Source of the DNA: Scyliorhinus canicula | Lineage: Eukaryota | DNA: 64,000 nt | Assembly: GCF_902713615.1 (NCBI RefSeq) | Contig: NC_052151.1 | Location: 162,397,050 to 162,461,049 of the forward strand | Reading direction: 5' to 3' | Translations under genes and position numbers: made by a program | Shown here: positions 37,331 through 51,177 of the stretch, piece by piece | How the letters are laid out: each line of letters begins with the position of its first letter | Numbering within the stretch: the first letter of the stretch is position 1 | Notes under the pieces: generated by a model | What the model saw: only the letters and a program-made list of their open reading frames with translations | Databases searched by the model: none | What the model was told of the DNA's origin: nothing

Positions 37331-37476
37331 GAACAAAAAACAGAAAACACTGGACAATCTCAGCAGGTCTGAGAGCATCTGTAGAGAGAGAAGGGATCTA
37401 ACGTTTTATTAACTCCGTTCGCTGTGCACAGATGCTGTCTGCCAGACCTGCTCAGATTGTCCAACATTCCCTGTTT
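37331..37476. repeat. Palindromic repeat, probably Penelope-derived
   Basis: Arms ctggacaatctcagcaggtctg..agcatctgt / acagatgctg..cagacctgctcagattgtccaa; related pieces at about 11945, 32085-32185 and 48420. Confidence 0.6.
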
Positions 37477-37559
37477 AAGTTTCCAGCCGCCCTAATTCAT
37501 TTTTATCTTGGGAGTCATTGGCTATTTGCACCGAAGAGTTGGCGGAGGCATGGCGTGCC

Positions 37560-38270
37560 GAATGGCCTCCTGCTCGGCGTGAATCTATCAAAGGAGGCAA
37601 TGTAGATTACCAAAGGCCAAATAGAGTGGAGACAACGAGGTCGCAGCGTTTAAACCGTCTTCAGGGCGAGTGAAGCCCCCTCCTCTCCGCTTTCTGGGTG
37701 ACCGCGGCAGGAGTGAGTCCAACATCGGCCAGGCCAGGGAGAGGGCGCCAGGCACCCGCCAGCCCGCAGACAGCCACGCGCCATTACTGTCGTCGGGTCA
37801 GGTGACTCTGCGCGCGAAGGGGGCAACAGGTTATCCCGGGGGCCGGCTCGAGCCGGGAGGGAGCGCGAGCGCCGCACTCACCCAGACAGACGAAAAGAAC
37901 CGACTGCTGACCACCCGCCATCTTCACCGGGTCTTCCCGGGACACAGCGTCATTTGCTTCCGTCTACTCTCCTGCCTGTTGTACCAGTGATCCTGGGCTT
38001 CGCTCGCTGCAAATTATATATACATTAATTATTCTAATTTTCAAACTGAGGGAACTACGTTAAAATCTGATGCATTGTCGAGATGCGGAAGTGTCCTAAT
38101 TCCTTGGCACATCCGCAGACAGCTACTGGACCGGTCCTTTGAAAGCCTATTAGGAAGTGGGCAGGTGTAGGAGTTCAGGTGAATGTGCAGGAAGTCAGAT
38201 TAGGATGACATTGTGATAGATCGCATTCAAAGTTTTAGAGGATCATTATATATAAAAGTAAGTTTATTTT
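37560..38270. promoter_or_regulatory. CpG-rich ACP1 promoter, probably bidirectional
   Basis: Strongest CpG cluster outside transposons, surrounding exon 1; oppositely oriented ETS cores (cttccg 37957-37962, cggaagtg 38086-38093), TATATATA 38015-38022, YY1-type AAGATGGCGG over the start codon. Confidence 0.75.
37882..37921 (-). CDS. ACP1: ACP1 coding exon 1 (MAGGQQSVLFVCL-G)
   Basis: Minus strand reads ATG GCG GGT GGT CAG CAG TCG GTT CTT TTC GTC TGT CTG G|gtgagt; matches the LMW-PTP N-terminus SVLFVCLG; phase-1 donor; lies in a CpG-rich segment. Confidence 0.96.
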
Positions 38271-40078
38271 ATTTTGTTTTTCATTATTAGATTGGTACAC
38301 ATTTTGGGAAAAACACCTTGTGTGACTTTTTGGTGCAACATGTATGTTGGGTGATACTTCAGGCACAGTTGTCATTGACATATGGTGAAATCATTTCATA
38401 CAATCATAGAATGATACAACACTTGAGAGAGACCATTCAAGCCACAGTGGTTAGGCCGTTTAAAAAAAAAAGTTATCTAATTTATCTCATTCTCTTGCTT
38501 CCTACCCGCACCCACTATTTTTTTTCCTTTTCTAGTATTTCCCCAAATCCATTTTGAAAGTTATTATTGAATTTGCTTTCACCACTCTGAGTGGTGCCTT
38601 CTAGATTATAATGCACTCAGCATTTTACCCCTTTATCGATCTCTCCTCTGATTCCTTTTGCCAATTAACTTAAATCTGTGCCCGCTTGTTACTGACCTTA
38701 CTGTCTGTATTTACTCTTTGATAATTCCAGGAAATCTAGATTTCACCTTCCAGACTCCAGGAAGAAAAATATCAGTTTCTCTAATTTCTTCATGTAAGTG
38801 AAGTCTTTCAGCCTTGGGATGCAATCCCAGTAAATCCTCTCTGCATCTTTTCTAAGATCTTTCAAAGATGTGCTTAGAGTTTCCACAATGATCTAGTTGG
38901 CTTCTAACCTGTGATTTCTAAAGGTTTAGCATGAGTACCCTGTTTTCACACTCTGCTTCTGTTGACATAAGGCTCTCTGCCGTTTTAAACAGCATTTGTG
39001 ACTTGTGAATGTATACCTCCAGGTCTCTGACCCTCCATCTCTTAAAAATTTGACTGTTTACTTTATTTTGCCTCTTCTCATTCTTTTAACCACGATAAAG
39101 CACTTTACACCTTCTAATATTTATCCTGAGAATCTCTAACTGTAAATTAAAATAATTTTGTTGTAGACATATGGAAGACACATAGAAAACAATGTCTTTA
39201 TGTAAAATCTATGCTTTTGGAATCTATATCAAATAGATGATAGTTGAGAAAATTATTGACAACAAAGTATGATTTAGAAATGTAGTTTAGTGAAGCGATA
39301 TAGTGAAACAGATACAAATAAAAATTATAAGAAAAAAGCAAAACAGATTTGCTGAGAAGCCAATGATGCGGGGCTTTATCAACTTGTTTAAGTGATTAGA
39401 TCATGAAAAACACCAAACTAAATGCTTTTATAATTCCTATGTTTTCTGATCGTGATGCTGTTAATTGCAAGTGCCTGAATATAGGAGGGATCACATTGAA
39501 AAGTGTGAGAGGATACTGGGTCAGCTGAACATAATCTTGGTTTTAATGAGCGCCTTAAAGGAGGAAAGCAATATAGAGAGGTAGGAAGGGTATTCTTCAG
39601 TATGAGGACTAGACAACTGAAGACATGGCCAACAAGACATACAAACACCTCGGGGAAGAAAGGACTGAAACAAAGTAATAAAGAAAAAGTATTTGTTTCA
39701 GGTGGGTTTTTCCAGTACCAGCTCCTCTTCAAACTTTGCTTTCAGTTCGCGGTTTTCACTGTAGCTTCATTCAATACAATACTTACAGCCTTCCTGGAGA
39801 GAGAGGAAAAAACAGGTCGTTGTATTTCTGTATCCAGGAGTCAAACTGAAACTCCTTGCCACTCTGAACCATTCCACTGGGACAGGATCCAATCACTCCA
39901 CCGGGCAGAGTATGACCTTTTAGGCCAACTCCTTTCCCCCCCAGCCAATCAACCAAACTGAGTGCTAGTCCCTGTCTGTCTCTGGTGTCGACAAGTCTGA
40001 AGCTAGTTCAAACTATCAGAAGCTTACAGAATGTTTTCTCTGGTAATTTCTGAATTCCCCATTCTCTCTGCTGCTTTT

Positions 40079-40388
40079 AACATAGAACATGCAGAAGGAG
40101 GCCATTCGGCCCATCGAGTCTGCACCAATCTACTTAAACCCTCACTTCCACCCCATCCACATAACCCAATAACCCCTCCTAAACTTTTTGGTTACTAAGG
40201 GCAATTTTTCATGGCCAAGCCACCTAACCTGCACGTCTTTGGACTGTGGGAGGAAACCGGAGCACCTGGAAGAAACCCACGCAGACATGGGGAGAACGTG
40301 CAGACTCCGCACAAACAGTGACCCCAGCGGGGAATCAAACCTGGGACCCTGGCGCTGTGAAGCCACAGTGTTATCCACTTGTGCTACT
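40079..40388 (-). mobile_element. HE1 V-SINE
   Basis: V-domain and tail. Confidence 0.9.
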
Positions 40389-41761
40389 GTATCTTTCACT
40401 GAACGATACATGTCCATTAATCATCTATCAATCAAAAATGATAAAGCAAAATAAAAGAAAGGGGAAGTAAGGGAATAAATTGGAAGGACCATTATAAGTG
40501 GTTATGGACTCTTTGAAGTGGGACTATGAATTCCCGTGCTTGTTTTGATCAAGGATTCTACACAAATGAAATGTAGAAATAAGGCTTTTTGTAGTAAGAA
40601 TGTAAATTAGTTTTTATGAATGAGAGGCCTCCTAGCACCAGGAAGGTGGATGGACTGTCATTGCCTTTCTCAATCCCTCTAACATAGTGCGCGCACCATT
40701 TTTAGTTTACTAGAGTATGCCTTTTTTGTACTCCATTTTTTATTTGAATATTTCCCACTGTTGATCTTGTAACCTGTTTGCTATTTTTTCTACTAATGAT
40801 TAGATCCTTCTTATCTTCTTGACCTTGTTATTTTCCAATGGCACACACCTTTAGCTTTCACTCATTGCTATCCTTTCCTTCTCCTATTCAATTTAACTAT
40901 CTTTGAGATTTAATTTCGCAGTTTTTAAAAAACCTTCGCCTCAATATATTTGTTCCATTTAATTGCCCCAAATAAGTGGGGCCAAGGAGCTTTAGGAATA
41001 TTCTTGAATGCAGTCTGTGCAATATATACAACCAATATATTGATTTTTCCTTTGTTTAACTTGGGATAGTTAAAATAATCAAACGCTTTTGCTCTGCCGT
41101 ACTTGCATGTCTCTCTGAACTGTTTACAGATCTCCACCACTATCTCATCTACACTGTTTGGTGGTCTCTAATGCACATGGTGAATTGTATAATTTTCCTT
41201 TGTAATCATTTGGATTTTGCATTTACTGTCTAAGCTGATTTTTAAAAGAATGTAAACTGTTTCTCTCCGCACCTTTTCTTAACAAAAAAACTGAAACCAG
41301 GGGTTTGCCATGGTGAGTTGAAATGTTTATTCATAAGCAAAAGCAGGAGGAGCCTCACAGTCATATTAATGGATAGCACATTTGATTCAGTGGACCAAGA
41401 CCCTCCATTTCACAGATTTAAAGCAGATACCCTAGAAGTCAGTCTATGGTTGTCTGTGTTACTTTCTATCTGCGTATATGCTGCGTAAGATGTTTACTAA
41501 GTTTAGGTCAACTAATTTCAACAACTAATTGAAGGAAGGAAAGTCAAACTCGAGGGAATGAGCAAAATTTCAACTAATCAGTAAAATTGTATCCTTACTG
41601 TATCAAAATATTGATTGTCCTCATTGTGAAAACTGTATACTATGCATTCATGCAACTAATGTAAAATAGATCAGTTATTGGTTTTACTGCACACTGAGGG
41701 TTCACTTTTGATACAAGAAACATAATACCATTTAACTAGATATTATTTTCTAGATTGTAAT

Positions 41762-41932
41762 TAATAATCGCTTATTGTCACAAGTAGGCTTCAATGATGT
41801 TACTATGAAAAGCCCCTAGTTGCCACATTCCGGTGCCTGTTCGGGGAGGCCAGTACGGGAATTGAACCCACGCTGCTGGCATTGTTCTGCATTACAAGCC
41901 AGCTCTTTAGCCCACTGTGCTAAACCAGCCCC
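41762..41932 (-). mobile_element. Second tRNA-SINE family, full length
   Basis: Head ggggctggtttagcacag; no V-domain; tail ...gcctacttgtgacaataagcgattatta. Confidence 0.85.
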
Positions 41933-43860
41933 TAGGTGTACTGACAGGATGGACCATTTATGCTTCAGATACAGTACAAAACTCCAAACATTGTAGCCCC
42001 TTCCCATTATTTTCTTTTTCCTCCTTTCCTAATGGCTTTGTCACGTTTGCTTTATTTTGTTTCTGCATTCTAATTCTTTCCTTCCTTCCTTCCCTGCCAC
42101 ATTAAATGAAAGCATTTTCCACAAAGAAGTTGTTCTTTTAGCTGGGAAACTGGTTGAGGCTATATTCGGATGAATATAGCTTTCTGTTTAAGATAGCTCC
42201 TATTCCCACGACTGATCTCCGTGCCAAGGAATGTCTTCACCCGTCAGTCTGTTTATCTGGAAACGATGTATCTCAAAAAATAATGGATGAATTTCAACAA
42301 AATGTGGTACACATATAGAGTATGGCCCAAGAAAGAACTGATTAGTTTTTGGAACAGATATGGATCCAGATCTTGCAATTTTTTTAAAGGATCCGTTAAT
42401 TTTGGGAGATCGGAAACATTGACCTTTTTTCACAATGCTGTGAGTTTTATTTAGAATGTTGTGGATTGTCTCAGCTGTTGTGGTGGAATTTGCCACAGCT
42501 GTCAAAATGCGAGCAGAGTTTTCAGAGCAGGATGTCAGTTGGCCTAAAGCCTCTTTGTGAGATGGAAGCTCTTTAAAAACAAAAAGATTTCCTCTTTCAT
42601 CTTTGTGGTAAGGGAGCATCAATCGGTCAGAGAAAAACCTCAAGGAAGAGCTGTGTAATTATAATAAATTTTGAGGTAACACAGCTGTTTCTGCTCTCCG
42701 CTTGTTCTTGTTTGTTTCCTGCAAAGGTTTTTTTTTAACATTGAATTTTGAAAACATCTGAAATTTCCTGCCTCTCTGTCCACTCCTCTATCCCCTACCT
42801 TTCCTCACTTTCACATTTTAAGGTTCAAAGAACACAAAACAAAAGTTGCATCACGTCTATAATCAGAATGCTTTTCAAACGTTCTGTTTTTAAAACAAAG
42901 GCTCGAAGAATGTAAAACAGTGCCCCATTGTTTTTCAAAAATAATCTGAAGAAAAGCTCTTTCTCATAATTTGTCATGGGGTAAAGGAAAATATCCGATG
43001 CCATGACAGGTAATAATACATCCGGAGACATTTGGCGTATTGCAATCCAAATCAACTCAGACTTTACTCCCTGGGCTAAAATATAAAATCTAAGTACAGG
43101 CTTTTAAACAGGCTATGGCCATCAAATGTTTGGAAGAGTTTCAGGCATGAAAAGCACAAATGATGTTTGATGGATGACTATAATTATGAAATTGTGAGAT
43201 GTGTAATATTTTAGATTTTTGTTAAATTCACACTTTGAATATCAGGCACATCAGTTACTGAAGGTAACAAAAAGAATTTGAAACAAATTTTCAAGAAGTA
43301 TTTTGAACAATTTGAGCTTGGTGGCCGGTTTCTACAGTCTCTGCGTAACTGGAAAATTACAGTTTGTGTGTCAAAAATACCTAATTTGAGCACTATTTAT
43401 ACAAGGTAATGTCATTACTTGCATTTTGAATGAAAACTGCACACCATGCATCTATTTCAGGATATAATAAATCAATATTAAATTTACTAGTTTGACCATG
43501 TGTTACAGAATATGTTACTGCTGTGACCCTCAATCCTAAACAAGCTATTTTCTGAATGACCTTGGAGGTGTGGTGGAGTTTTCCATTTCCTAATTTCCTC
43601 CCACTATATTTTTTGGACATTTATTTATTTTTGATTATGAAGGATATATCAGTGTTACACTGAGTGGTTGTTTCTCCAGGCTGGGGATTCTGAAACATGG
43701 AGCTCAGTAAAGTCCTAAAAATAGTTTGTTAGGGCATAGGTTTAAGGTGAGAGGGGAGAGATACAAAAGAGACCAGAGGGGAAATGTTTTCACACAGAGG
43801 GTGGTGAGCATCTTGAACGGGCTGCTTTTCCTTTAAAAAGCAGTTAGACAGTTACATGGG

Positions 43861-45905
43861 AATTTGATTTGATTTATTATTGTCACATGTATTAGTATAC
43901 AGTGAAATGTATTGTTTCTTGCATGCTATACAGACAACGCATACCGTACATGGGGAAGGAAGGAGAGACTGCAGATCATAATGTTACAGTTATAGCAAGG
44001 TGCAGAGAAAAGATCAACTTAATATGTGGTAGGTCCATTCAAAGGTCTAATGGCAGTAGGGAAGAAGCTGTTCTCAAGTCGGTTGGTATGTGACCTCAAA
44101 ATTTTGTATCTTTTTCCTGACCGAAGAAGGTGGAAGAGAGTATGGTCGGGATGTGTGGGGTCCTTAATTATGCTGGTTGCCTTTCCGAGGCAGCGGGAAT
44201 TATAGATAGAGTCAATGGATGGGAGGCTGGTTTGCATGATGGACTGGGCTACATTCACAACCTTTTGTAGTTTCCTGGGGTCTCGGGCAGTGCAGGAAAC
44301 ATACCAAGCCATGATACAACCAGAAATAATGCTTTCAATGGTGCATCTGTAAAAGTTGGCGAGAGTCGTAGCTGACATGTCAAATTTCCTTAGTCTTCTG
44401 AGAAAGTAGAATCATTGGTGGGCTTTCTTAACTATACAGTTGGCATAGGGGGACATAACATAGACATAACATCGAACATACAGTGCAGAAGGAGGCCATT
44501 CGGCCCATCGAGTCTGCACCGACCCACTTAAGCCCTCACTTCCACTCTATCCCCGTAACCCAATAACCCCTCCTAACCTTTTTGGTCATTAAGGGCAATT
44601 TAGCATGGCCAATCCACCAAACCTGCACATCTTTGGACTGTGGGAGAAAACTGGAGCACCCGGAGGAAACCCACGCAGACACTGGGAGAACGTGCAGACT
44701 CCGCACAGACAGTGACCCAAGCTGGGAATCGAACCTGGGACCATGGCGCTGTGAAGCCACAGTGTTAGTCACTTGTGCTACCGTTGCGCCTGGGACCAGG
44801 ACAGGTTGTTGATAATCTGGACACCTAAAAACTTGAAGCTCTCGACCCTTACTACTTCGTTCCCATTGATGTAGATAGAGGCATGTTCTCTTCTATGCTT
44901 CCTGAAGTTGATGACAATCTCCTTTGTTTTGTTGACATTGAGGAAGAGATTATTGTCGTCGCACTAGTTCACCAGATTCTCGATCTCATTCCTGCATTCT
45001 GTCTCATCGTTTGAAATCCGACCCACTACGGTGGTGTCATCAGCAAATTTGAAAGTCGAGTTGGAGGGGAATGTAGCCACACAGTCATAGGTGTATAAGG
45101 AGTATAGTTAGGGGCTGAGGACACAGCCTTGTGGGGCACCGGTGTTGAGGATGATCGTGGAGGAGGTGTTGTTGCCTATCCTTACTGATTGTGGTCTGTG
45201 GGTTAGAAAGTTCAGAATCCCAGTCGCAGAGGGAGGAGCCGAGGCCAAAGCCACGGAGTTTGGAGATGAGTTTTGTAGGAATAATAGTGCTGAAGGCTGA
45301 GCTGTAGTCAATAAATGGGAGTCTGGCATAGGTGTCTTTGTTATCTAGGTGTTCCAGTATTGAGTGCAGGGCCAGGGAGATGGCGTCTGCTGTGGGCATG
45401 TTGCAGCGGTAGGCGAACTGTAGTGGATCAAGGCAATCCGGGAGGCTGGAGTTGATTCGTGCCATGACTAACCTTTCAAAGCACTTCATGATGATGGATG
45501 TCAGAGCCACTGGATGATAGTCATTAAGGCATGATGCTTGGCTTTTCTTTGGTATGGGGATGATGATCGTCTTCTTGAAGCAGATAGGGACCTCAGATTG
45601 TTGTAAAGAGAGGTTGAAAATGTCTGTGGATACCACTGCCAGCTGATCCATGCAAGACCTGAGTGCTCGTCCGTTACCTCAACCGGGCCAGTGGCTTTCC
45701 GTGGGTTGACCTTCGAGAAGGCTGCTCTGACATCTGCAATGGTGACCTCAGATACAAGTTCATCCGAGGCTTCTAGGGTGGAGGGCGTGCTCTCGCTGAC
45801 CTCTTGCGCAAAGCGGGCATAGAATGCGTTGAGCTCTTCAGGGAGTGGTGTGTTGGAGCCGGCGATTTTATATGCCTTCATCTTGTAGCCCTTCATCTTG
45901 TAGAA
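43861..45905 (-). mobile_element. Rex/Babar-clade LINE, 5'-truncated, inserted in a CR1 3' end
   Basis: [63 protein letters not shown]; (AAATC)n tail; the CR1 end resumes at about 45915. Confidence 0.92.
44454..44788 (-). mobile_element. HE1 V-SINE nested in the Rex element
   Basis: Full-length copy. Confidence 0.92.
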
Positions 45906-47249
45906 GACTGCGTATAGAGAGATATGGGCCAAATGCGGGCAAGTGGAACTAGCTTAGTGATAGAAACTGGGCAGTATGGACAAGCTGGGCCAAAGGACCT
46001 GTTTCCATGCTATAAACATCTAAGACGCTTTGACTGAGGTGAGGGGAAATTACTTCACTCAAAGCTTTGTTTGTAAATCTTGGAATTCTGTAATTTTGCA
46101 CCCCAAAAGGGTTGCGGATGCTTCAACATTAAATGTATTTAAGTCCGGGATAGACAGATTTTTGGTCTCTTGGGGGATTGAGGAACATGGAGCCAGTAGG
46201 AAATTGGATTTGTACCCTGATACCAGCCACAATCATATTGAATGGTGAAGCAGACTTGGTGAAATGTGTGATCTACTCCTGTTCCTTTCTTGTGTGGATC
46301 AAGCTTGAAAGTTTGTATAAATGGGTTTCTGTTGTTGTGTATTCTTTTGTTTGAACTGATGTAGCTTTTCAGAAATGTCTTTATTTAGTTATCAAACTCA
46401 GGGGTTCTCAACATGTTTTGCTTTTGTGACCTCCCACACCGCCCCCTCCCATGTCATAATCTAGACATCTCCCTTCGACAAACAATGATCCCCTGGTGAT
46501 AATTCTATTGAATCATAAGGTTTAGGGGGTTAGCTATGGAAAAAGACAATGAGTAATCCAAAGTAAGAATAATTGATTTGACGAGGATCAATTTCAGTGG
46601 GGTGAGAATGGATCCAGCCAGGTAAATTAGAATTAAAGATTGGCAGATTAAACTGTAAAGGATTAACGAGCTGCCTTTAAAAAGGATATTGTTTGGGTAT
46701 AGTTAAGGTACATTGCAACAAGGGAGAAAGATAAAATAAACAAAGTCAGAGCTCCCTGCATGGTGAAAGTGGATTCAGTAGAAGCTTTCAAAAGAAAATC
46801 AGATGAATACTTGAAGGAAAGGGTTTTACAGCACTGTGGGAAAAGAGCAGATGAGTGTGACTAGTAGATAGCTCTACCAGCTGTATGATAGGTGCATAAC
46901 CTCATTTATGCTGTATCATACTATGATTCTAACTTTTGGGATTGATCTGTGTTCAACAAAATATAACCTCTGAAACATTCATAATGAATACAATATTAAA
47001 ATGTAAGTTAAAACCAATGATAAGTATTTGCTTCCCAACAACCAATGCTGCAGTAGGCCTCAAAGCCCCGAGTAAGTTAAATATTGTGGTTCAGATAATT
47101 TTCTGTGCAAATAAAGGAAACTATTGAGAAGTAGTTTCAAAGTTGGTCTCATTGGATATCTTGAAGTAATTTTGAGAGGATGGCTTTGGTTTATGTACTA
47201 GAATATATTTGGGATGAAATAAAAACTCTTCGTCCTATGTGCTCTCATC

Positions 47250-48023
47250 TCTTTCCACTGAGCCTCATATTAAGTGATTCTCTAAAAAGGAGAAAAAAAT
47301 GGCAGTTAGTAATTTCACCAAACATAGTGACCATTGTCTGAAGCTGAATGTGACCGTTAGCAACTTTAATGTCTCTTTTGTCCTTGAGTTGAGCTTCTGA
47401 TTCCTTACTTTCTCCATCAGTGAGAGCAGCTACTTCCATTTCTGTAACTTCCCCCTGCTTCAGTTTATCTGCTGAAACCATCACCCATGCCTTGGTTATC
47501 TCTACACTTAATTATTCCAATATTGTTCTGGCTGGCATCCCGGCTTCCATCTTCTACAAACTTGAGCTTGTGTAAAACTCTATGGTCTGCATCCTAACTC
47601 TAAGTCGCGTTCAACCATCACAGCTTTTCTTGCTAACCTCCACTGGCTTCTGGTTGATTTGTGCCGCTCTGTTTTAAAGTTGTCATGTTTGCTTTCAAAT
47701 TCCTTTTGTGGATTCCCTTCTCGATATCTCTGTAAACTTCTACAAGATCTCTGTATTTATCTAATTCTGGCCACATGTGCATCCCTGACATTTATTATTC
47801 CACCATTAGTGGTTGTGCCTTCAGCTGCCTTGGCCCTTCCCTCCTTCGGCATTCCCTCCTTAAACATCTCCGTCTCTCTACCTTTAGATGCTCCGACCTT
47901 TATGACCAGTCTTTTGATCACCTGTGTCGATATCTCCTTCATGTGGCTCGTTGGCAAATTGAGTTTATAATGCTTGTGTAGTATTGGCGAATATAATAGA
48001 GGTGTCATATAAATGCAAGTTGT
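47250..48023 (+). mobile_element. L2 LINE 3' remnant
   Basis: Degenerate L2 C-terminus (LHWL) ending in tataaatgcaagttgtt. Confidence 0.7.
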
Positions 48024-49314
48024 TAGCCCTTCTCACCTAATGTGGTCAAGCAACAAAGATTAAAATTGTGCAAAATTAAAGATTCTATTTAGGCACTATT
48101 CTTAAGCTGTCAGATCAGTTCACCACAACTGAAAATCATTTATCCCCGACTGGTTTAACAAATGATATGAGAGCAACAAAAGTTTGTCTCAGGGGCACCT
48201 GGGCGGGATTCTGAGGCTAAGTGTTGATGCCGTCGGAAACGCCGTCAAATTTTGCAATGGCGTCACACGGCCTCAGGATCAGAAATTCTGGCCTATACAG
48301 GGGGACAGCACGGCACTGGAGCGGGATCTGTGCATGCGCAGTGGCACCAGCGCCAACACGCACAAGCCATATAGTAGTGATGGGTATTTACATTACTGTT
48401 TACAAACAACACCTAATACAGAAATAAAGAACTGCAGATACTAGAAATATGAAATAAAAACTGTAAAGCCAGAAATACTCAACAGGTAAGGCAGCCTGGA
48501 TGAACAGTTGATCTGGGATGGACAGTTGATGTGCCAACTTAATTACAAAGGTGATTGTTTAGAGTGGCCATTTAGGACATAACTCTGCAAGTTCGTACAT
48601 ATTGCTTCTATTCTTACAATTTCTTATGTCTCCAACCTTTGAATTGATATATATTGCATTTAGTCTGAATCTACAGACTCCATTATTGATTTTCACTTGG
48701 ATAATTAGCTCCAGATTGGTAACGTGAGTTTGAAGGAGAACAAAGCTATTTCTTACATACACATGAACATCAGAGTCAGTTCCTCTTTTCATATTGGTTT
48801 GACGAGGAAAAGATAGCTTTAATTTTTTCTTCTCTGCTAAACTGTATAACTAAGCCAACATCTGTTGTTGGCTGGGGCAATTATCCTGCAATTTGTTTTG
48901 TCAAATAAAAACCTAGTGTATTATATTAAAACAATATTGTTCCTCTACCTTGCATAAATTAAATCTACGTTTACGACTTTGACAGAAGTCCAATGCAAAC
49001 ATACTTCTTAGTTTCTTTGAAAGATTACTTTTGGCTATCTGTATCGCAGTACTTTTTTATTGTATTGAAATAAAATTTTAATTACTTGTTGCATACGGTC
49101 AAGATGGTATGTTGTGCTGTTCTAATAAAGGTTACCAAGTTCAATGATTATTTTTGTTAACATTTCTGTCGCTGTCCTGAGATTCACAGTGCTATTTGCT
49201 AACTACATCAAGTAGCTGTGTTAAGTTTAATTTTCTGAAGTTGACCATACCATTGATCCAGTACCTTAAGGTGGCTCGGTTCCCTTCCATGTAAAGCCAG
49301 TTTGTACCTATTGA

Positions 49315-49500
49315 AAATGAATGAAAAATTAAAATCGCTTATTGTCACAAGTAGGCTTCAAATGAAGTTACTGTGAAAAGCCCCTAGTCGCCACATTCCG
49401 GCGCCTGTTCGGGGATGCTGGTACGGGAATTGAACCACGCTGCTGGCCTGCCTTGGTCTGTTTTAAAATCCAGCTATTTAGCCCAGTGTGCTAAACCAGC
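49315..49500 (-). mobile_element. Second tRNA-SINE family, full length
   Basis: Same as 41762; ends in (TTTCAT)-like repeats. Confidence 0.85.
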
Positions 49501-51177
49501 ACATTTCTCAGGATATGTAATTTTAGACAACCTGGATGCCAAAGAGGTTTTGTTTGGCCTTTTAAGTTGGATTTATTTCCGAGTGAAATTCGTAGCATTT
49601 ATACATGATCTCTATGACAAAAAAATGCTAATTTTTATCTAAACTTCCCAAGTGAATTGGCTTCATTTTCACTGTCACTGTGGCCTTTAAAATTAACTTC
49701 ATTTTCAGAAAAATGGATGTCCAGAAAGAACTGCAGCCCTTTCAGTTTGAGACACCTTTATAAGGCCACAAAGAAGCCCCCGCCGAGCACTTCAAATAAA
49801 TTTACTTTACTTACCAAAACTATTATATACATCACATATATCCCAACTGTGTCTGCCTTGCCGAAGCCTAACTGGCCAGCTTCATATATCATACAACTAG
49901 ACATTGTTTAGAGGTTTCGTGCCCCCTTACCAGAGGAGCTCATATTCTGCAAGGTTCACAGGGAAGTTAATTGTTCTCACCCTGTAAGGTACTTGCGGGT
50001 TATAACATGTCTCCCCTCCCCAAAGTCAGAACAATCCCCCTACGTGTGGGGTAGGACGGGGCCGGACTCTCTTTGCGTCTGGTTGGACATTGCATCACAT
50101 GGATGGGGCGCCGTGAACCTTGAAGGCGAACGCAGCTTCCGAGTGGAAGGTTGTGATGGCTGCTCCGTCGGTGGCTGCTGTACTGTTGACTTCTCATCGG
50201 ATGCTTGAGTTTCCATTTACGAATATATGTCCATGCTTCAGTCATCGTGGCGTCTTGACCTCCTTGTTGCCCCCTTACAGGATACTGCAGCATCAGATGG
50301 ATGGATGAGAACTTTACGCTCACAAGGAAACTTTCAAAGACTTGATCTCCTGGACCGAATATGATCTAGGTGCTTTTGCATGATCCAAACTTGGACTTGT
50401 ACATGATAGGAAACCAGTCCTGCCTGGCAGAGGTCAGTCAAGGAGGCCAACTGGGCGCCGTCTGCAAAGTTTTGAAGATATACCAAATAATCTGGTACAA
50501 AACGTCTGAGTGGTCAACCTCAAATGGGGCAATGCCATTGCAGTTGCTGGTTGTGGTGTACTTTCACATCTATGTCAGGGAAAATCATACTAAGGTGGGT
50601 CCGAAAGCTATGATACATTAGCCTTTCAGCTGGAGCCACCCCTGGTCACTGCGTGTGGGGTGGTCCTGTAGCAAAATTAAAAACGAGCCAGCCTTTTGTC
50701 CATCAAACCTAAAGTCGGCTTCTTGAGGCCTCTTTTGAACGTCTGTACCACAGATCTGCTAAACCATTAGAAGCCCGGTGGTACGGGGCAGTACAAATGT
50801 GTGGTACCTGATTTGCCTTCACTCATGAAAGGGGTCCCGTTGTCTGTAATGAGCACTTCAGGGAAGCCGTGCATGCAAAACGACAATCGTTACTTCTCAA
50901 TGGTTGCCTTGAGGTGGTCAATACCATCCTGTGGACCTCCAGCCATTTTGAATGGGCGTCCTGAAATGGACTGACAAAGTCCGCATGCATATGTGCCCAC
51001 GGCTCTCCTGGCCATTCCGAAGGGTGAAGGGGCACAACCGGGAGGTGCTTCTGCTGCTCTTGACAGACGGAGCATTACAGGGCCATCTTCTCAATGTCCG
51101 CATTCAGGCACAGCCACCAGCATAACAGCACGCCAACATCTTCACTTTGTACACCATTGGATGTCCAGTGTGGAGGT

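Noticed and set aside
37650-37990. Overlapping ORFs at the promoter
   Set aside because: By-products of high GC content; only 37882-37921 is supported by homology and splice signals.
42200-42643. 147-aa minus-strand ORF
   Set aside because: Non-ATG start, no homology recognised, overlaps a repeat-like element.
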